The notes beneath the pieces were generated by a model, which saw nothing but the letters and a program-made list of their open reading frames with translations, was not told the DNA's origin and did no database searches. A program made the position numbers and the translations under genes. Below are positions 38,772-52,700 of a stretch of DNA of 64,000 nt, piece by piece (position 1 is the stretch's first letter; each line of letters begins with the position of its first letter). Source of the stretch: Octopus vulgaris (taxonomy: Eukaryota); NCBI GenBank assembly GCA_951406725.2, contig OX597818.1, forward strand, positions 80,786,001 through 80,850,000, in the 5' to 3' direction.

Positions 38772-40126
38772 TTACAAAAAAATTACTTATATGTGCACAC
38801 ATATATAATGCATTGATTGCTAATATATTCATATATTATTAACAAACTAGCCTGTTCCTATATGAATAATACATTTATAACACAATATGGAAATAGGAAT
38901 GGGATGTTATTTTGACTGAATGCATAAATAAATAAATAAACACACACACACACACATACATCTACAAGGCAGCTTGAAAGTAGGTTGACATTTACCATTT
39001 ATTCCAGCATAAAAGACATTGCTAGTTTCATAAGTGTTCAAAGTATCCGCCTTCAACATTAAAACATTCTTGGGGTCTGGCGGCCACACTGCAACACACA
39101 ATGCATAGGTCAAAGCTGGTAGTGATTTCCTGATAGGTCTCTGTAATGAACTCATCTAATTAAGGCAGAGTACATGGTTTTCTTTGGAATACTTTCTCTT
39201 TCATGACATCCCAGATAAAGAAATCAATGAACCTAAGGTTTCAGGAATGAGGAGACCAATTAGCACTACCACATCGCCCAGTCCACCTCCCTGGGAATGT
39301 CATGTCCAGAAAATTTTACACATGAATTGCATAATGAGGTGATGTTCCATGCTATTGGAATAACACCTCACCAAATTTGGACATCACCTGCATTTCAGGC
39401 ACCGTTTCCCTACACAACATGTCAAGGTAGGTGTCACCATTAACTGGGTTCTCAAGAAAGAAAGGCCCATGGACTCCTGTGCATGAAAGACCATCCTACA
39501 CAGTGACACCTAGCAGGTTCATCTCAGTTGCTATCGTCAGGTGGTGGTGTTTTCGTTATACCAGTAAATGCAGTTATAGATGTTGACATGACTTGACACT
39601 TCAAAACTGGTTTCATCCAACCAAATCATGGCGAGGAATTGTGGGTTTTCACAAACATATTTAGCATAATTCCTGTGAATCTCATACAATGATCTGGGCA
39701 ATTGTAAATTAGGTGTTACAGGAATTTGGGGTCAGTATGGTTTCAAGTTAATTTTTTCATAAGATGACCCACAGATTTTCATGAGATGCCCAACTCAGCC
39801 AATACTCATCTGGTTGACATCGTAGTTTTATTCACAAACATCAATGCTACCTGAATTCCTTTTTCTCAGTGGTAACAGTTCTTGGATGTCTAGATTTCGA
39901 GGCATTCTTCACTGGACATATCTCCTCAAATTTGTCTCTTGTAAATTGATCAAAGTGACAGTGGGTCACACTGGAAGGTTTCTGTTCACTTTTGGCACAC
40001 CATTTCTGCATTTCAAAATTCTCAGTAATTCCTTAGGATCCTCTTTCTCTTATTATCTGTCAAGTTGCCTACCATTACATCAGACAACTCTGAAAGATAA
40101 AAAAAATAAAACTGTCAACCTACTTT

Positions 40127-40382
40127 ATTTACATTATTTACATTCAACAGATATTTGTCCTCATCTTGTTTGTTGTTAACACAACGTCATGGCTGATATA
40201 CCTTCAGGTGTCTTGAGGAATTTTCAAATCTGGGTTCTCATTTCGAAATTTCCCCAAGACACCTGAAGAAGGCTGGCGGGTATATCAGCCAAAACGTTGT
40301 GTTAACAACAAACAAGATGAGGACTAATATCTGTCAAATGTAAATCATGTACATAATTCCTCATCTCTTAAATATAGAACTG
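40127..40382. mobile_element. Fold-back hammerhead-bearing insertion with 14-bp target-site duplication
   Basis: Imperfect inverted arms (~40130-40226 and ~40244-40351), flanked by the direct repeat TGTCAACCTACTTT at 40113-40126 and 40383-40396. Confidence 0.8.
40259..40302 (+). ncRNA. Hammerhead ribozyme motif with mutated core (GAAA to AAAA)
   Basis: ACAC-CTGAAGA-A-GGCTG...CAGCC-AAAA-CG-TT-GTGT. Stems I and II pair perfectly, with palindrome AACGTT and a single core change at a CpG. Confidence 0.65.
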
Positions 40383-41264
40383 TGTCAACCTACTTTTGCA
40401 CCATCTTATGTTGTGTGAGTGTGTGTATGTATGTATATGGTAGAAAAAGAACTCAATACATAAAATAGAGTGCTGTTATTTTGTTATAACTGTAATGTCA
40501 AATCAATGAATCAAAAAATGAGAGCTTTATGATGACTCAGTAAATAAACTGAAAATTAAAATAGCATACTGCTCACATATATAGCAAAAATTCATTTATT
40601 CCAGAAGTGTGTGTGTGTGCACCATGCACCCAGGTTTCTTAAGGATTTATTTTATGTTGTTTTTCCTTTGCAGAATTCAAGTTAGTCACTAACAAAGTGG
40701 CAATGCTCTTTTGTATAAATCAAGACAGCTCTTGGGGGTTTGTGTTTATCTGAACTGGTTGATGTATGTTTATATCTGTGTTTTATGTGTCTGTTTGTGC
40801 ATGTTGTGATAGAACACAAGTGTGTGTGTCTCATTATTGTTTATTTCTATGCACATATATATTTTGTGTGTGTGTGTGTGTGTGTTCACCCATGAACCTG
40901 AAATGTTTAACAGATTTTCACAGTTCCCCTGATCAATCGTATCTGGAGAATGTAAGCCAGTCTGTTCTGTTCTCTTTTGGAGAGTCCAAGCCATACTTGG
41001 TTTCTAAGCAGTTGTTATGTTGCCCAATGCACCTCTGAGAATAAGAACAAATGAACATCTATAGCCTGGATATAAGAGCTGCTGTAAGTTTCTCATCAAT
41101 TCTCAGTGAATATTGTTTCCCCCAACTTTTGAGGAGACAGTTACATGTATGGGGCAGCTGATCCTTACAATGGTACATGACTTTTGCTGCCTATCCTATA
41201 CAACCATATCTGACTTGTGCTTACACTGGGTTGCTGTTTTTATAGGAATACTCCACCGGTATTC

Positions 41265-41712
41265 CTTGTTTTTAAAAGTGTGAATGAAGACAGCTGCATA
41301 AAAAAGTGCTGATATCTAATTGTTGGGAATGGGGAACCTGTGGAAAGATTAGACCCAGGGAGATGTGGGACGAGGTGGTGTGATATGATCTTTGGCTGTG
41401 GAGCCTCATGGAGGCAATGACAAGTGACCATGACTTCTGGTGAGTTACTGTGTCTGAGAAGACCTGTCTAGCTAAGTGAATTGTAGTCATTGCTAGTGCT
41501 GGTGATGCATACAAGGCACCTGTGCCAATGATGCATAAAAGACACCCAGTACGCTCTGTAAAGTAGTTGGCGTTAGGAAAGGCATTCAGCCATAGAATCC
41601 ATGCTCAAACAGACAGCTGGAGTCTAGTGCAGCTCTCCAGCTTACCAGTCTCTGTCAGACTGTCTAAACCATGCCTAGTATGGGTAACCGAAGCTAAATG
41701 GTGATGATGATA
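41265..41712 (+). mobile_element. RTE LINE 3' fragment
   Basis: Homologous to the 3' end of 28926-29700 (EDSCIKKC, WDEVV, then 3' UTR). Confidence 0.7.
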
Positions 41713-41749
41713 GATACTTTCTTGTTCTGGTGTGTCTTTGGCTTATCAG

Positions 41750-42115
41750 TCAGGACTATTCTTCCAGCATATAGCATTGTAGTCCATCTTAACAATGATC
41801 TCATGTCTCATGAGAAGATAGCATCTTGCAGACATTTTTGAACAGCTACTGATTGATATGAGTGGTATTTTCCACTTTGGTATGGCACAATTGCTACTTT
41901 CTGTTATAACTTGGACATCTAGAGACATCCATATCTCTTTTTTGATCAGATATTCAGTAGCTATTTCCTGTTCTTAGATAACAAAAGTGTAGCCTTCTAT
42001 GTATGTTACATATTTATCACTGATCCAGGAGTGGTTGCTATTCCTGTGTCAATGTTGTTGATATTCTCAGGCTTATGTGACATGTACCCACCATGCATAT
42101 GATGAGTACTTCTCT
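41750..42115 (-). mobile_element. R4/Dong-like RLE non-LTR fragment (zinc-knuckle region)
   Basis: EGYTFVI*EQEIATEYL ... SSCSKMSARCYLLMRHEII, resembling the R4/Dong CCHC-RH region. Confidence 0.6.
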
Positions 42116-44096
42116 TTCAAGTCTCTCTGTATACAGGTCAGTTTAACCACTTTTAATTCATATAGAGGAGAGATTCTCAACCATTTTTTTAACTATGGAC
42201 CCCTTTGATTCCTATTTCATTCTCCAAAGACCCATAGCCATTCAATGAATACATGAAAAAAAAAAACTTACTGTATTTTTATAGTTAAATATTATTAGGA
42301 ATTGTATTAAAAAAATTTCAAATATTTTGTACATTCTCGAATTTATTACTCTTTACTCGTTTCCGTCATTTGACTGTGGCCATGCTGGAGCACTGCTTTT
42401 AGTCGAGCAAATCAACCCCAGGACTTATTCTTTGTAAGCCTAGTACTTATTCTATCAGTTTCTTTTGCCGAACCTCTAAGTTATGGGGGACGTAAACACA
42501 CCAGCATCGGTTGTCAAGCGATGTTGGGGGGACAAACACAGACACACAAATATATACATACATGTACATATATATATATATACACACACATACATATATA
42601 TACGATGGGCTTCTTTCAGTTTCCATCTACCAAATCCACTCACAAGGCTTTGGTCTGTCTGAGGCTATAGTAGAAGATACTTGCCCAAGGTGCCATGCAG
42701 TGGGACTGAACCCAGAACCATGTTGTTCATAAGCAAGCTACTTACCACACAGCCACTCCTAAGCCTTTATTTTATTTTTTTTTTTTTGCATTACTAAAGC
42801 TTATAGCTTACAAATACCAATGCTTTTCTAATGAATGCCTTCAGCTCATTAGTAGATTATTTCAAATTTCATTATCTTCCAAAATCTAGAAAGGTATATT
42901 TCAATGATGTGGGGTGTGATTCACCCTTTAGCATTTAAACTGGTTCAAATAGTCTACCTGTTTTATGTTCAAACCAACCAGATCTGGTTTCCCACAGCTA
43001 TATATCATTCTAAAAATAACAATCACCTCATCAAAATCTTGAAGCAACCACATAATGCATTATCAGCTTAAAATAATGTGAAAGAATAAGTATTACATCT
43101 GACAGTAATTTGAATGCTAAAGGGTTAAACTATGGTTATTTATAATTGTCTGTTTAGAATAAAAGTCTAAATTTTGCATATAGTTCATAATTTAATTACA
43201 CTCTACAGCTGTTTCATTAGCAATAAATATTAATTCTATAATTATGAAATTAAGATACAAAACTAATTTAAATTAAATTAATTTAAAGCATAGTTTATTC
43301 CATATCATCAGGAATATTATATAATGTATATTAAATAATTAATATTGATTAATTAGCTGTGTTTGGTTTGGTTATTGATTTCAAAATTTGACTCAGTATG
43401 GCTATAGGCACAGACATAGCTGTTTGGTAAGAAGTTTGCTTCACAACCACATACTTCTGGGTTAAGTCCCACTGCACGGCACCTTGGGCAAGTGTCTTCT
43501 GCAATAGCCCCAGACTGACCAAAGTATTGTGAATGAATTTGGTAAATGGAAACAACTAAAAGAAGCCTGCCGTTTATTTATGAATATATATATTTATGTA
43601 TGTGTTACTGTCTCCTTGTCTTCAAATCATGTGATAGTTGTAAAATGGTTGTCACCATCATGCAAGAGGTGTCCTTCATTTTCAGTATTCTGTGAGAATA
43701 TGTCTGGTCATGGGGAAATATTACCTTGCTTGGAAACAGGTAAGGATTGGGGACAGGAAGGGCATCCACCTGTAGAAAATCTGCCTCAACAAATTTCATC
43801 TGACCCATGCCAGCATGGAAAAACGAACTTTAAAATGAGATGATGATGATAGTAGTGATGAATATTTATTCCTTTGCAAACATGGTACAGCCTCCACAAA
43901 AAATACATATTGCTTACAGTAGACCCAAAAGTAGTGCTATCCCCAGAAAAGTGCCACTCAGGATGGATCACACCCTCTGGCTACGCTAATGGTTGGGATG
44001 GCCTATCTTGCTGGAATAAAACGCCACTTCAAACTTCTCTTGAATGTTTAGCTTGACAGAATGGTGTAGCAAGTTCAAGTAAATGGGACCAGTCAC

Positions 44097-44146
<50 letters not shown>

Positions 44147-45224
44147 GGCCAATTAACCCTTTTGATACCAACCTGCCTAAGACTGCCCTTGGTTTTATGA
44201 TACAAACTTACTGTTTAAAAATATATCTAAGTTAAAATCTTCTATCAAAATTTCATGTTAATTTATGCTGCAAATAGCAGCTAAATTGTGACAAAATTAT
44301 TTTATTGAATTTTTTGTTATTTTCAACATTAATTGAACCAAAGACATCATGTTTCAGCAGAAATATAAGAGGAACACCACCTTTAGTCGAGCAAATTGAC
44401 CCCAGGACTTATTCTTTGGAAGCCTAGGACTTATTCTATTGGTCTCTTTTGCCGAACCACAATGTTACAGGGACGTAAACACACCAGCATCAGTTGTCCA
44501 AGAACTGCATTTTGATTCATTCTCTGATTTGAATTCTGCCCTTGTGTGATGTTTTTTAAGATTGTTTGGTTGGTGTCAGCTATTTCATCAAGTGTATTTT
44601 TTTTCAATCAGAGTTTTCATTTTGGAGCTTTGTAGGAGTGTTAGCTAAGTTCGATTTTATGCCATGAAAGATGTTGGTTATTCCAGGACTGTGTGTGTTA
44701 ATGAACGGAATCATGTTTTCATTAACTTTTTCCTTAGGTGTCCATAGTTGGGTGATGTTCAGTTTTATTGCCTTTTTAATTCCCTCATTAATTAATTAAT
44801 CTTAAGGGGTATTTCTGCATTATGAGGAAGCCTTTGAGTTCGTTTAGTCAGATTCCACGTATTTTGGGGTCAGTCGCTATAGCACAGATGTGTCTTGCCA
44901 TGCTGTATGGGATGTTCCTTTTGATGTGTGATGGATGGCAAGAGTAGAAATTTAGATATTGGTGTGTGTCAGTTTTTTTGCAAAATATGTATATATATAT
45001 ACACACACACACACACGCACACATTCTTTTATTCATTTGTTTGTTTCAGTCATTTGAATGCAGCCATGTTGACCCCTGCCTTTAGTCAAACAAATCGACC
45101 CCAGGACTTATTCTTTGTAAGCCTAGTACTTATTCTATCGGTCTCTTTTGCCAAACTCCTAAGTTATGGGGACGTTAATACACCAACATCGGTTGTCAAT
45201 CAATGGTTGGAGGACAAACACAGA

Positions 45225-45608
45225 CATATACATACATATATATATATATACATATACATATATATATATACATATACATATATACATATACATATATATA
45301 TATGTATATGTATATATATATATGTATATGTATATATGTATATGTATATGTATATATGTATATGTATATATATATATGTATATGTATATATATATGTATA
45401 TATGTATATATATATATATGTGTGTATATATATATATATGTGTGTATATGTATATATATATGTATATGTGTGTATATGTATATATATATGTATATGTGTG
45501 TATATGTATATATATATGTATATGTGTGTATATGTATATATATATGTATATGTGTGTATATGTATATATATATGTATATGTGTGTATATGTATATATATA
45601 TATATATG

Positions 45609-45652
<44 letters not shown>
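45225..45652. repeat. Expanded compound (TA)/(TG) microsatellite with a 26-bp higher-order unit inside a SINE
   Basis: GTGTATATGTATATATATATGTATAT repeated about 6 times at 45440-45600. Confidence 0.85.
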
Positions 45653-45812
45653 ACGGGCTTCTTTCTGTTTCTGTCTACCAAATTCACTCAGAAGGCTTTG
45701 GTTGGCTCGAGCTTTAGTAGAAGACACTTGCCCAAGGTGCCATGCAGTGGGACTGAACCCGGAACCATGTGGTTGGTAAGGAAGCTACTTACCACACAGC
45801 CACTCCTCCGCC

Positions 45813-45848
<36 letters not shown>

Positions 45849-45855
45849 CACACAA

Positions 45856-45886
<31 letters not shown>

Positions 45887-46369
45887 CATACACAACCATA
45901 TACTGTTAGACAAGTTTAGAAATACAGAACAAAGATGAATGCATGAAAGTCTAAAAAGATGCACCAAAGAAAAATAAAAGTTAATTTGCTTTTAATAGTC
46001 TAAATTCAGTAGCAGAACATTTCCTATTGAAAGCCATTGATAAGAAATAACATAAAATAGAGTAAAATTGACATAAAATATTTGAAAATATGCAGTAAAG
46101 TGCTGTTACTTGTCTTCACAATAACAACAGTGGCTTTTAGAAATGGGGAAAAATAAAAAAAATGAAAAAAATTTTAATTAGATAAATAACTATTATGCAT
46201 ATAACTTTGTGTGTGTATTAAATCCAAGACTGGAATTTCTGGTATTAGTATTAATTCTGTAGTTATAATTGTTTTATTATTTTGGAAATCTATTTTATGA
46301 ATTCATATGGCTTTTATTATTATTATTTTTTTTATTATTATTATTATTATTATCATTATTTTTCTTCTT

Positions 46370-46437
<68 letters not shown>

Positions 46438-46608
46438 CATTATTATTATTAAGGTGGAAAATTGCCAGGTCCTTTCATCCTTTAGGGGTTGATGAAAGAA
46501 GTACCAGTTGAGGACTGGGGTTGATGTAATTGACTTGCCCACTTCCCTCAAATTGCTGGCCTTGCACCAAAATTATTATTATTATCATTATTATTATTAT
46601 TATTATTA

Positions 46609-46655
<47 letters not shown>

Positions 46656-46742
46656 CACTCTCACATGCATACAGACACACATATTTTAAAGTATTAGTTA
46701 TATTTCCACCATAATATATTAAAGACACTACTGCATTTGATG

Positions 46743-47075
46743 AAAGCGTGTGGCTTAGTGGTTAGAGCATCAAGCTCATAATCATGAAGTAGCAAGTTCA
46801 ATTCCTGGACTGGGCTGTATGTTGTGTTCTTGAGCAAGATACTTTATTTCACTTTATTTCCAGTTCACTCAGCTGTAGAAATGTGTTGCAATGTCACTGG
46901 TTCCAAGCAATATTGGTGTTTGTCTTTTCTTTAGATAAACATTAGTGGCATAGATAGGGGAGACTGGTATGCATGGGTGACTGCTGGTCTTCCATAAAAC
47001 AACCTTAACCAGACTTGTGCCTTGGAGGGGAACTAACTAGGTGCAATCCCATGGTCATTCATGACTGAAGGGGAT
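46743..47075 (+). mobile_element. tRNA-derived SINE with V-domain-like core
   Basis: TGGCTTAGTGG and GTTCAATTCC boxes, then TTGTGTTCTTGAGCAAGATACTT...CCAGTTCACTCAGCTG; a related copy lies at ~7005-7280. Confidence 0.65.
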
Positions 47076-49710
47076 CACAGCTTTGCTTTACTTGTCCTGT
47101 CATACTGACAACTAGCACATTCTCCCAAGCTACCCAACACTTCCTCTTACCTTTACACAACTAGGATGCCCTCTAGTTTAACCCACTGCACCCACCCAAT
47201 GTTCCTCCTACTCCTCTCCCCACTGCCTCCATACCTGGAATGTTTCTGTAGCATTTCCACTTTGCTCTTCCCCTTTCCCCTTCCTCTAAGCCACCCTCCT
47301 GTATCTCTCGCTGCTTCACCCAATGCACCCTCCCTCTCTATTCTCTCCCCACAGCTCCTACATTTCTTCAACACCCTTCTCTCTTGACTTACCCTCATAA
47401 ACCTTACACCTCTCTTTTCTTTCAATTCTCTTAGAATTCCTCTTCACCCTAGTAGTCACAAAGTTAAGTTAAAATTTTGAAATTTTGTGTATTTATGTAA
47501 TTTTTCCACGCTGAATCTCAGGAGATAATTCACTTTTTCCTGAAAAATTTATCGCTAAAAAGTTACAGAGGTTTAAATCTGATAATTTTTGCGCAGTCAG
47601 AAAACAGGATTTGGAAACTGTTGTTTTGTGCATGACTTCATGTGTTGTTGACTCTAAGCAAATGAAATACTAGTGGAATTTTGTTTCATAACTAACCCTT
47701 CATAACTTCATAACTTCTTTTTTATTTTTTGAAATTTTGAGAAAGTTTTTGCAAATTTGTATTCTACACATGGGAATTCATGCAATTATGCAAAAAACCA
47801 CCCCGCAAAAAATTTGAGTTGTGATTTAAGGCCTATTTAGCTATTATTTTTAGCACATCTCACGACCACCCCATACTGCATGTGTTTTAAGCATTTATTA
47901 AGCAAAAAATGACCATATTGGTAACCAGCTTGTTAACAGCTTGGCTTGTTACTATGGAAACAGGCTGTGGCTTTTGATTGGTTAAAATTACCCAAAATTT
48001 GCAAATTCTAAAAGCTATTAACTCTTTATTTATTGATTTATGATGAAAATGAATTTCATGTCAATGATTACCATACTAAACTAGTGTTACACTGAATATG
48101 AAATCAATTGGAACATAAATTCAAAAAATTGGGAAGTGGCAACCAAGCAGAAAAGATCCAACTTAATTATATATTCGTATAACATTTTACTCTTTTACTT
48201 GTTTCATGACTGTGGCCATGCTGGAGCACCACCTTTAGTCAAGCAAATTGACCCCAGGACTTATTCTTTGGAAGCCTAGTACTTATTCTATCGGTTTCTT
48301 TTGTCGAACCGCTAAGTTACAGGGACGTAAACACACCACCATCGGTTGTCAAGCGATGCTAGGGGTGACAAACACAGATACACAAACATATACATACATA
48401 TATATGACAGGCTTTTCAGTTTCCGTCTACCAAATCCACTCACAAGGCTTTGGTCGGGCCGAGGCTGTAGTAGGAGACACTTGCCCAAGGTGCCATGCAG
48501 TGGGACTGAACCTGGAACCATGTGGTTGGTAAGCAATCTACTTACCACGCAGCTACTCCTACGCCTACAACTTCCACTTTATTATATTTAAAAAGTTTTC
48601 TCTTTTTTTTTTTTAATTGCAAAGTCTTTGATCATGTCCTCACTATGACACAATGAACACTTTGGAATTATATTTTTGATCAGATAAACCATTTCAAATA
48701 ATATTTTAGCAGGTTTGATCCTTTACCCTTCAGATTACTCTGCCAAATGTAATGCTTATTTATTCGCATTGTTTTGAATAAATCATGCATTCTCTTGTAG
48801 CTTTGAGACTTCAAAGCTTCAATTATTTTATTTTTGAATGGCATTGTCAGGTAGGTGCAAGAGGCCAGATCTGGCCAGTTTCAACATAGAACAAGTAGAA
48901 TATTTGGTCTAGATATGGCCAGGCTAAACCTTTAACATATAGATTACTCAAATGTAATTCTTATTTATTCACAATGTTTTGAGTTAATCTTGCATTATCT
49001 CATAGCTTCAAGATTTTGAAGATGTGATTATCTTTAGAATGACATTGTAGGATAGGTCTGAGAGGCTGGATCTGGCTAGTTTGAACATAAAGCAGGGAGA
49101 ATATTTGGGCTTGCTATGACCAATTTAAATGCTAAAGGGTTACACTGATTTCTTTTGTGCCATAAATCATTTACCATTTTTGTGGTACCCCTTTTCCCTT
49201 GATGCCCTAAGCACATGCTTATTTTGCTTAACAGTTAAACCAGCACTGCTTGATAATAATCTCTTCCCTTTCCTTTGTTCCTTTTCATACTCCTGTTTAT
49301 GCTACTACTCTGTTATTCTCTCTAAGACTACCCTATCACAACTATAAATCTGATCCTTTCATCTTAATTATCCTCCTTCATACTCCACCTAGAATCATGA
49401 CCATACTCTCTCTTTTACCCTTCAATTAATTATAAGAGCCACTTTTGGCTCATAGCCTAGCAAGTTACAAGGCAATATTCACTAGTGCTGGTGCCACTAA
49501 TAAAGCACTCAGTACTCTCTGTAAAGTGGTCGGTGTTAGGAGGGCATACAACCTTAGAACCCATGCCAAAATAGACATTAATGCATGATGCAGTTCTGTG
49601 ACACCACAGATCTAGTCAAACCATTCAGTCCATACTAGTGTTGAAGATGATAATTAAAATCATTATATTAATGATAATGATATGTGTGTATTTATGTGTG
49701 CGTATGTATG

Positions 49711-49762
<52 letters not shown>

Positions 49763-50096
49763 AGTCGTCTAAGAGTCCATAAGTCAGGAAAAATGCACAC
49801 ATATATCTGTCAATAGAGTGAGTATATTAATTGAAGTGTACAGTATTATATATTCATTATGGCCAATCTTCCCAGTTGGTTTTTGCGCTAGGGATTCAAT
49901 GGAGTGTTAGGTAACAGTTCAATTATGTAACCCTGCACTCATCAGAGGTAGCTGTTATGGAATGAAATATGGCAACTGTTCTTATTATATCTTCTTTGCT
50001 CGAACTGTGCTTTCTATGCATTCTGATTGAATCCTCTGTGTGTTAACATGGGCCTCTTAACGACAAGTTAAGACTTCATATAATCAAGATAACCTT

Positions 50097-50180
50097 GGCC
50101 TGAAGAGTAGCCTGTGGTTTACACCTTGCTTGGATATTTGCTACCTCTGAGGTCCTGTTCGCTATGAAATATATGTAGCC
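50097..50180 (+). ncRNA. Type I hammerhead ribozyme motif with long stem II loop
   Basis: GGC-CTGAAGA-GTAGC...GCTAT-GAAA-TATATG-TA-GCC. Stem I is GGC/GCC and stem III ATATATGT is one change from the ACATATGT seen at 20072. Confidence 0.65.
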
Positions 50181-50216
50181 TGGACTTTATCTGCTCCATT
50201 CCTTAGTTCTTAAAAA

Positions 50217-50265
<49 letters not shown>

Positions 50266-51431
50266 AAGATATATGTATAAGATATATGTATATATATGTG
50301 GCCACTAGTACTGGTGGCACAAAAAGAAAAGCTCTTAGTACATACTGCAAAGTGGTTTGAGGTAGGAAGGTCATCCAGCCTGAGAAACCATGCCAAATCT
50401 AATAAAAGGGCTTGATACAACCTTGTTGCCTACTGGCTCGTGTCAAACCATCCAGCATGGGAAATGGATGTTAAATTGTGATGGGATATATACATGTGTG
50501 TGTCTGTATATGTATGTAATATATATGTGTATATATATATATACACACACGCACACACACACACATACACATGCACACATATGTATGTATGTGTGCATGT
50601 ATATTTTAAATTGAAAAATTTTTAGTTTAATGAATTTACCCCAATACTTTGTTTTTTTTAAGACTGGTATTTATTCTCACAGGTCTCTTTTGCTGAGCCT
50701 CTGAGTTATTGGTCGTAACCATACCAACAGCAGTTGTCAAGCAGCGGTGGGTGATAAACACACATAAATGTGTGTGCACACACACACAGTGGGCTTCTTT
50801 CAGTTTCCATCTACCAAATCCCTTCACAAGAATTTGATCTTGCCCAAGGTGTCATGCAATGGGACTGAACCCAGAACCATGTGGTTGGGAAGCACAGCTT
50901 CATACCACACAGCCACATCTGTGCCCAATTGTATGTATGTGTGTGTGTGTGTGTGTGCATATACATGGAGTAAAACATGTTCATTACCACAACATCAGTT
51001 AAATGTAGGAATTCTTTTTTGTGTTCCTTGAACTCTTTGACACCACATTTTGAACATTCTACATCCTTCTTTTCCAATATAAATTAGTTTCTATTCTTAC
51101 TTCTCCGTTTCTTTGAATCTCTTCATTCCAAAGTCTCCCCCATTCATTCTGTTCAGTTTAAAGTCTCTTTTCCTTATTCTCTCTCACTCACTCACTCATT
51201 CCTCCTCTTCCTTTCTCTCTCTCTCCCCTCCCCTTTGATGTACATATACACACATGCACTGCTTCTCTCTTTCTCTCACACATACATGCCCATACAGTCT
51301 CATTCACTCACAAACTCCCTCTCTTACCCAATATCTCTCTCTCTCTTTTTTTTTGTTATTCCAATCCTGTTCCCCACCCCTGCATCCACTTAGTCAACCA
51401 GAAGATAGTTTCTCTCTGTCTGTTGCTACTC

Positions 51432-51466
<35 letters not shown>

Positions 51467-51880
51467 ATGTGTTTATTGCTACTCTCTTACTCTCACTCAC
51501 TCTTCTGTTTTATCTCACTCCCTCTCTTTCACCAAGAAACAGTTTAATCTCTGTCTTGTTAGTTTTCATTTCAATCATTCATCACTACTACTACTACTAC
51601 TACTTTTCCCCAATCTCATTCTTTCACTCATTTCCTTTCTCTTTCTTTCTCTCACTCACACATACACACACACACACGTTCTCTACAGGAGAGTCTACTT
51701 GTTTCTCTCTCTCTTCTCTCTAACTCATTCTCCTTACTTTCCTTTTTATATCTCTTTCTCTCTCAGTTTTCTTCATGTCATATCTCTTTCCACTCTCACA
51801 CCCTCTTGTTCTTTCATTAAATAGATGACAGCTAATCTTCTAGTCTTGTCAACGATGTCTCAACATTGTTGATGTTGTTG

Positions 51881-51912
<32 letters not shown>

Positions 51913-52700
51913 GGTAGTGCTGGTGTTGTTATTATTGGTCGTGGTGCTGGTGCTGTTGGCGTCTGCTACTGCTATTTTCTTTGTTGTCGTTGCTGCTGCT
52001 GTTTCATTTGTTGGTGTTGGTAGGGATGGTGTTGGTGGTGTTCTTACAATGGTCTCCCAACATAAAACGACCAACAATAGAACATAAAAGAAGACAGCCC
52101 AGCAATCAGATCAAATTATAAACAGATAAATAGACCTATTCTTTACATAAAATAAGACATAATTCCAGTGTAGGAGAAGACATGTCAAGTCAAAGTAAGT
52201 TGGCTTTGACGAATGGTTACCCATCTTGGTTGCTGTAGAAGTCTGTAGAGAATAAGTCTGTAGACAAAAGAGGTAAGAATGAAAAATATACATATACACT
52301 TACAGTAGTATTTAGATAGATTGATCTCTCTCTCTCTTACTCTACAGTTTCAGTAACATTGGTGATACTCTGACTAACAGCAGAGAGTAATTACAGAACT
52401 GCAGTAAATATAATTACACTCTACTTCTCTAGTCTTTTACTTGTTTCAGTCATTTGAATGCAGCCATGCTGGAGCACCACCTTAAAGGGTTTTTTTTAGT
52501 CAAAGAAATTGACCCTAGGACTTATTATTTATAAGCCTAGTGCTTACTCTATCAGTCTCTTTTGCTGAACTGCTGAGTTACGGGGACGTTAAGACACCAA
52601 CATCAGTTGTCAAGTGATGGTGGGGCAACAAACACAGATACAAAGACACAACACACACACAAATATACACATATACATTCACATACATACACATACATAC

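Larger units (their letters stand above)
38962..40408 (-). mobile_element. Decayed near-full-length Tc1/mariner-superfamily DNA transposon
   Basis: Minus frames IWLDETSF, FQ*HGTSPHY...FPGRWTGR and WSPHS*NLRFIDFFIW (compare FQQDGAPPH and WPPRSPDL..LDFFLWG). Both ends share the inverted AAAGTAGGTTGACA. Confidence 0.85.

Noticed and set aside
44928-45919. Long ORFs of 160-283 aa
   Set aside because: YI/CV repeats from a stop-free (TA/TG) microsatellite inside a SINE; the same applies to most ORFs in the track.
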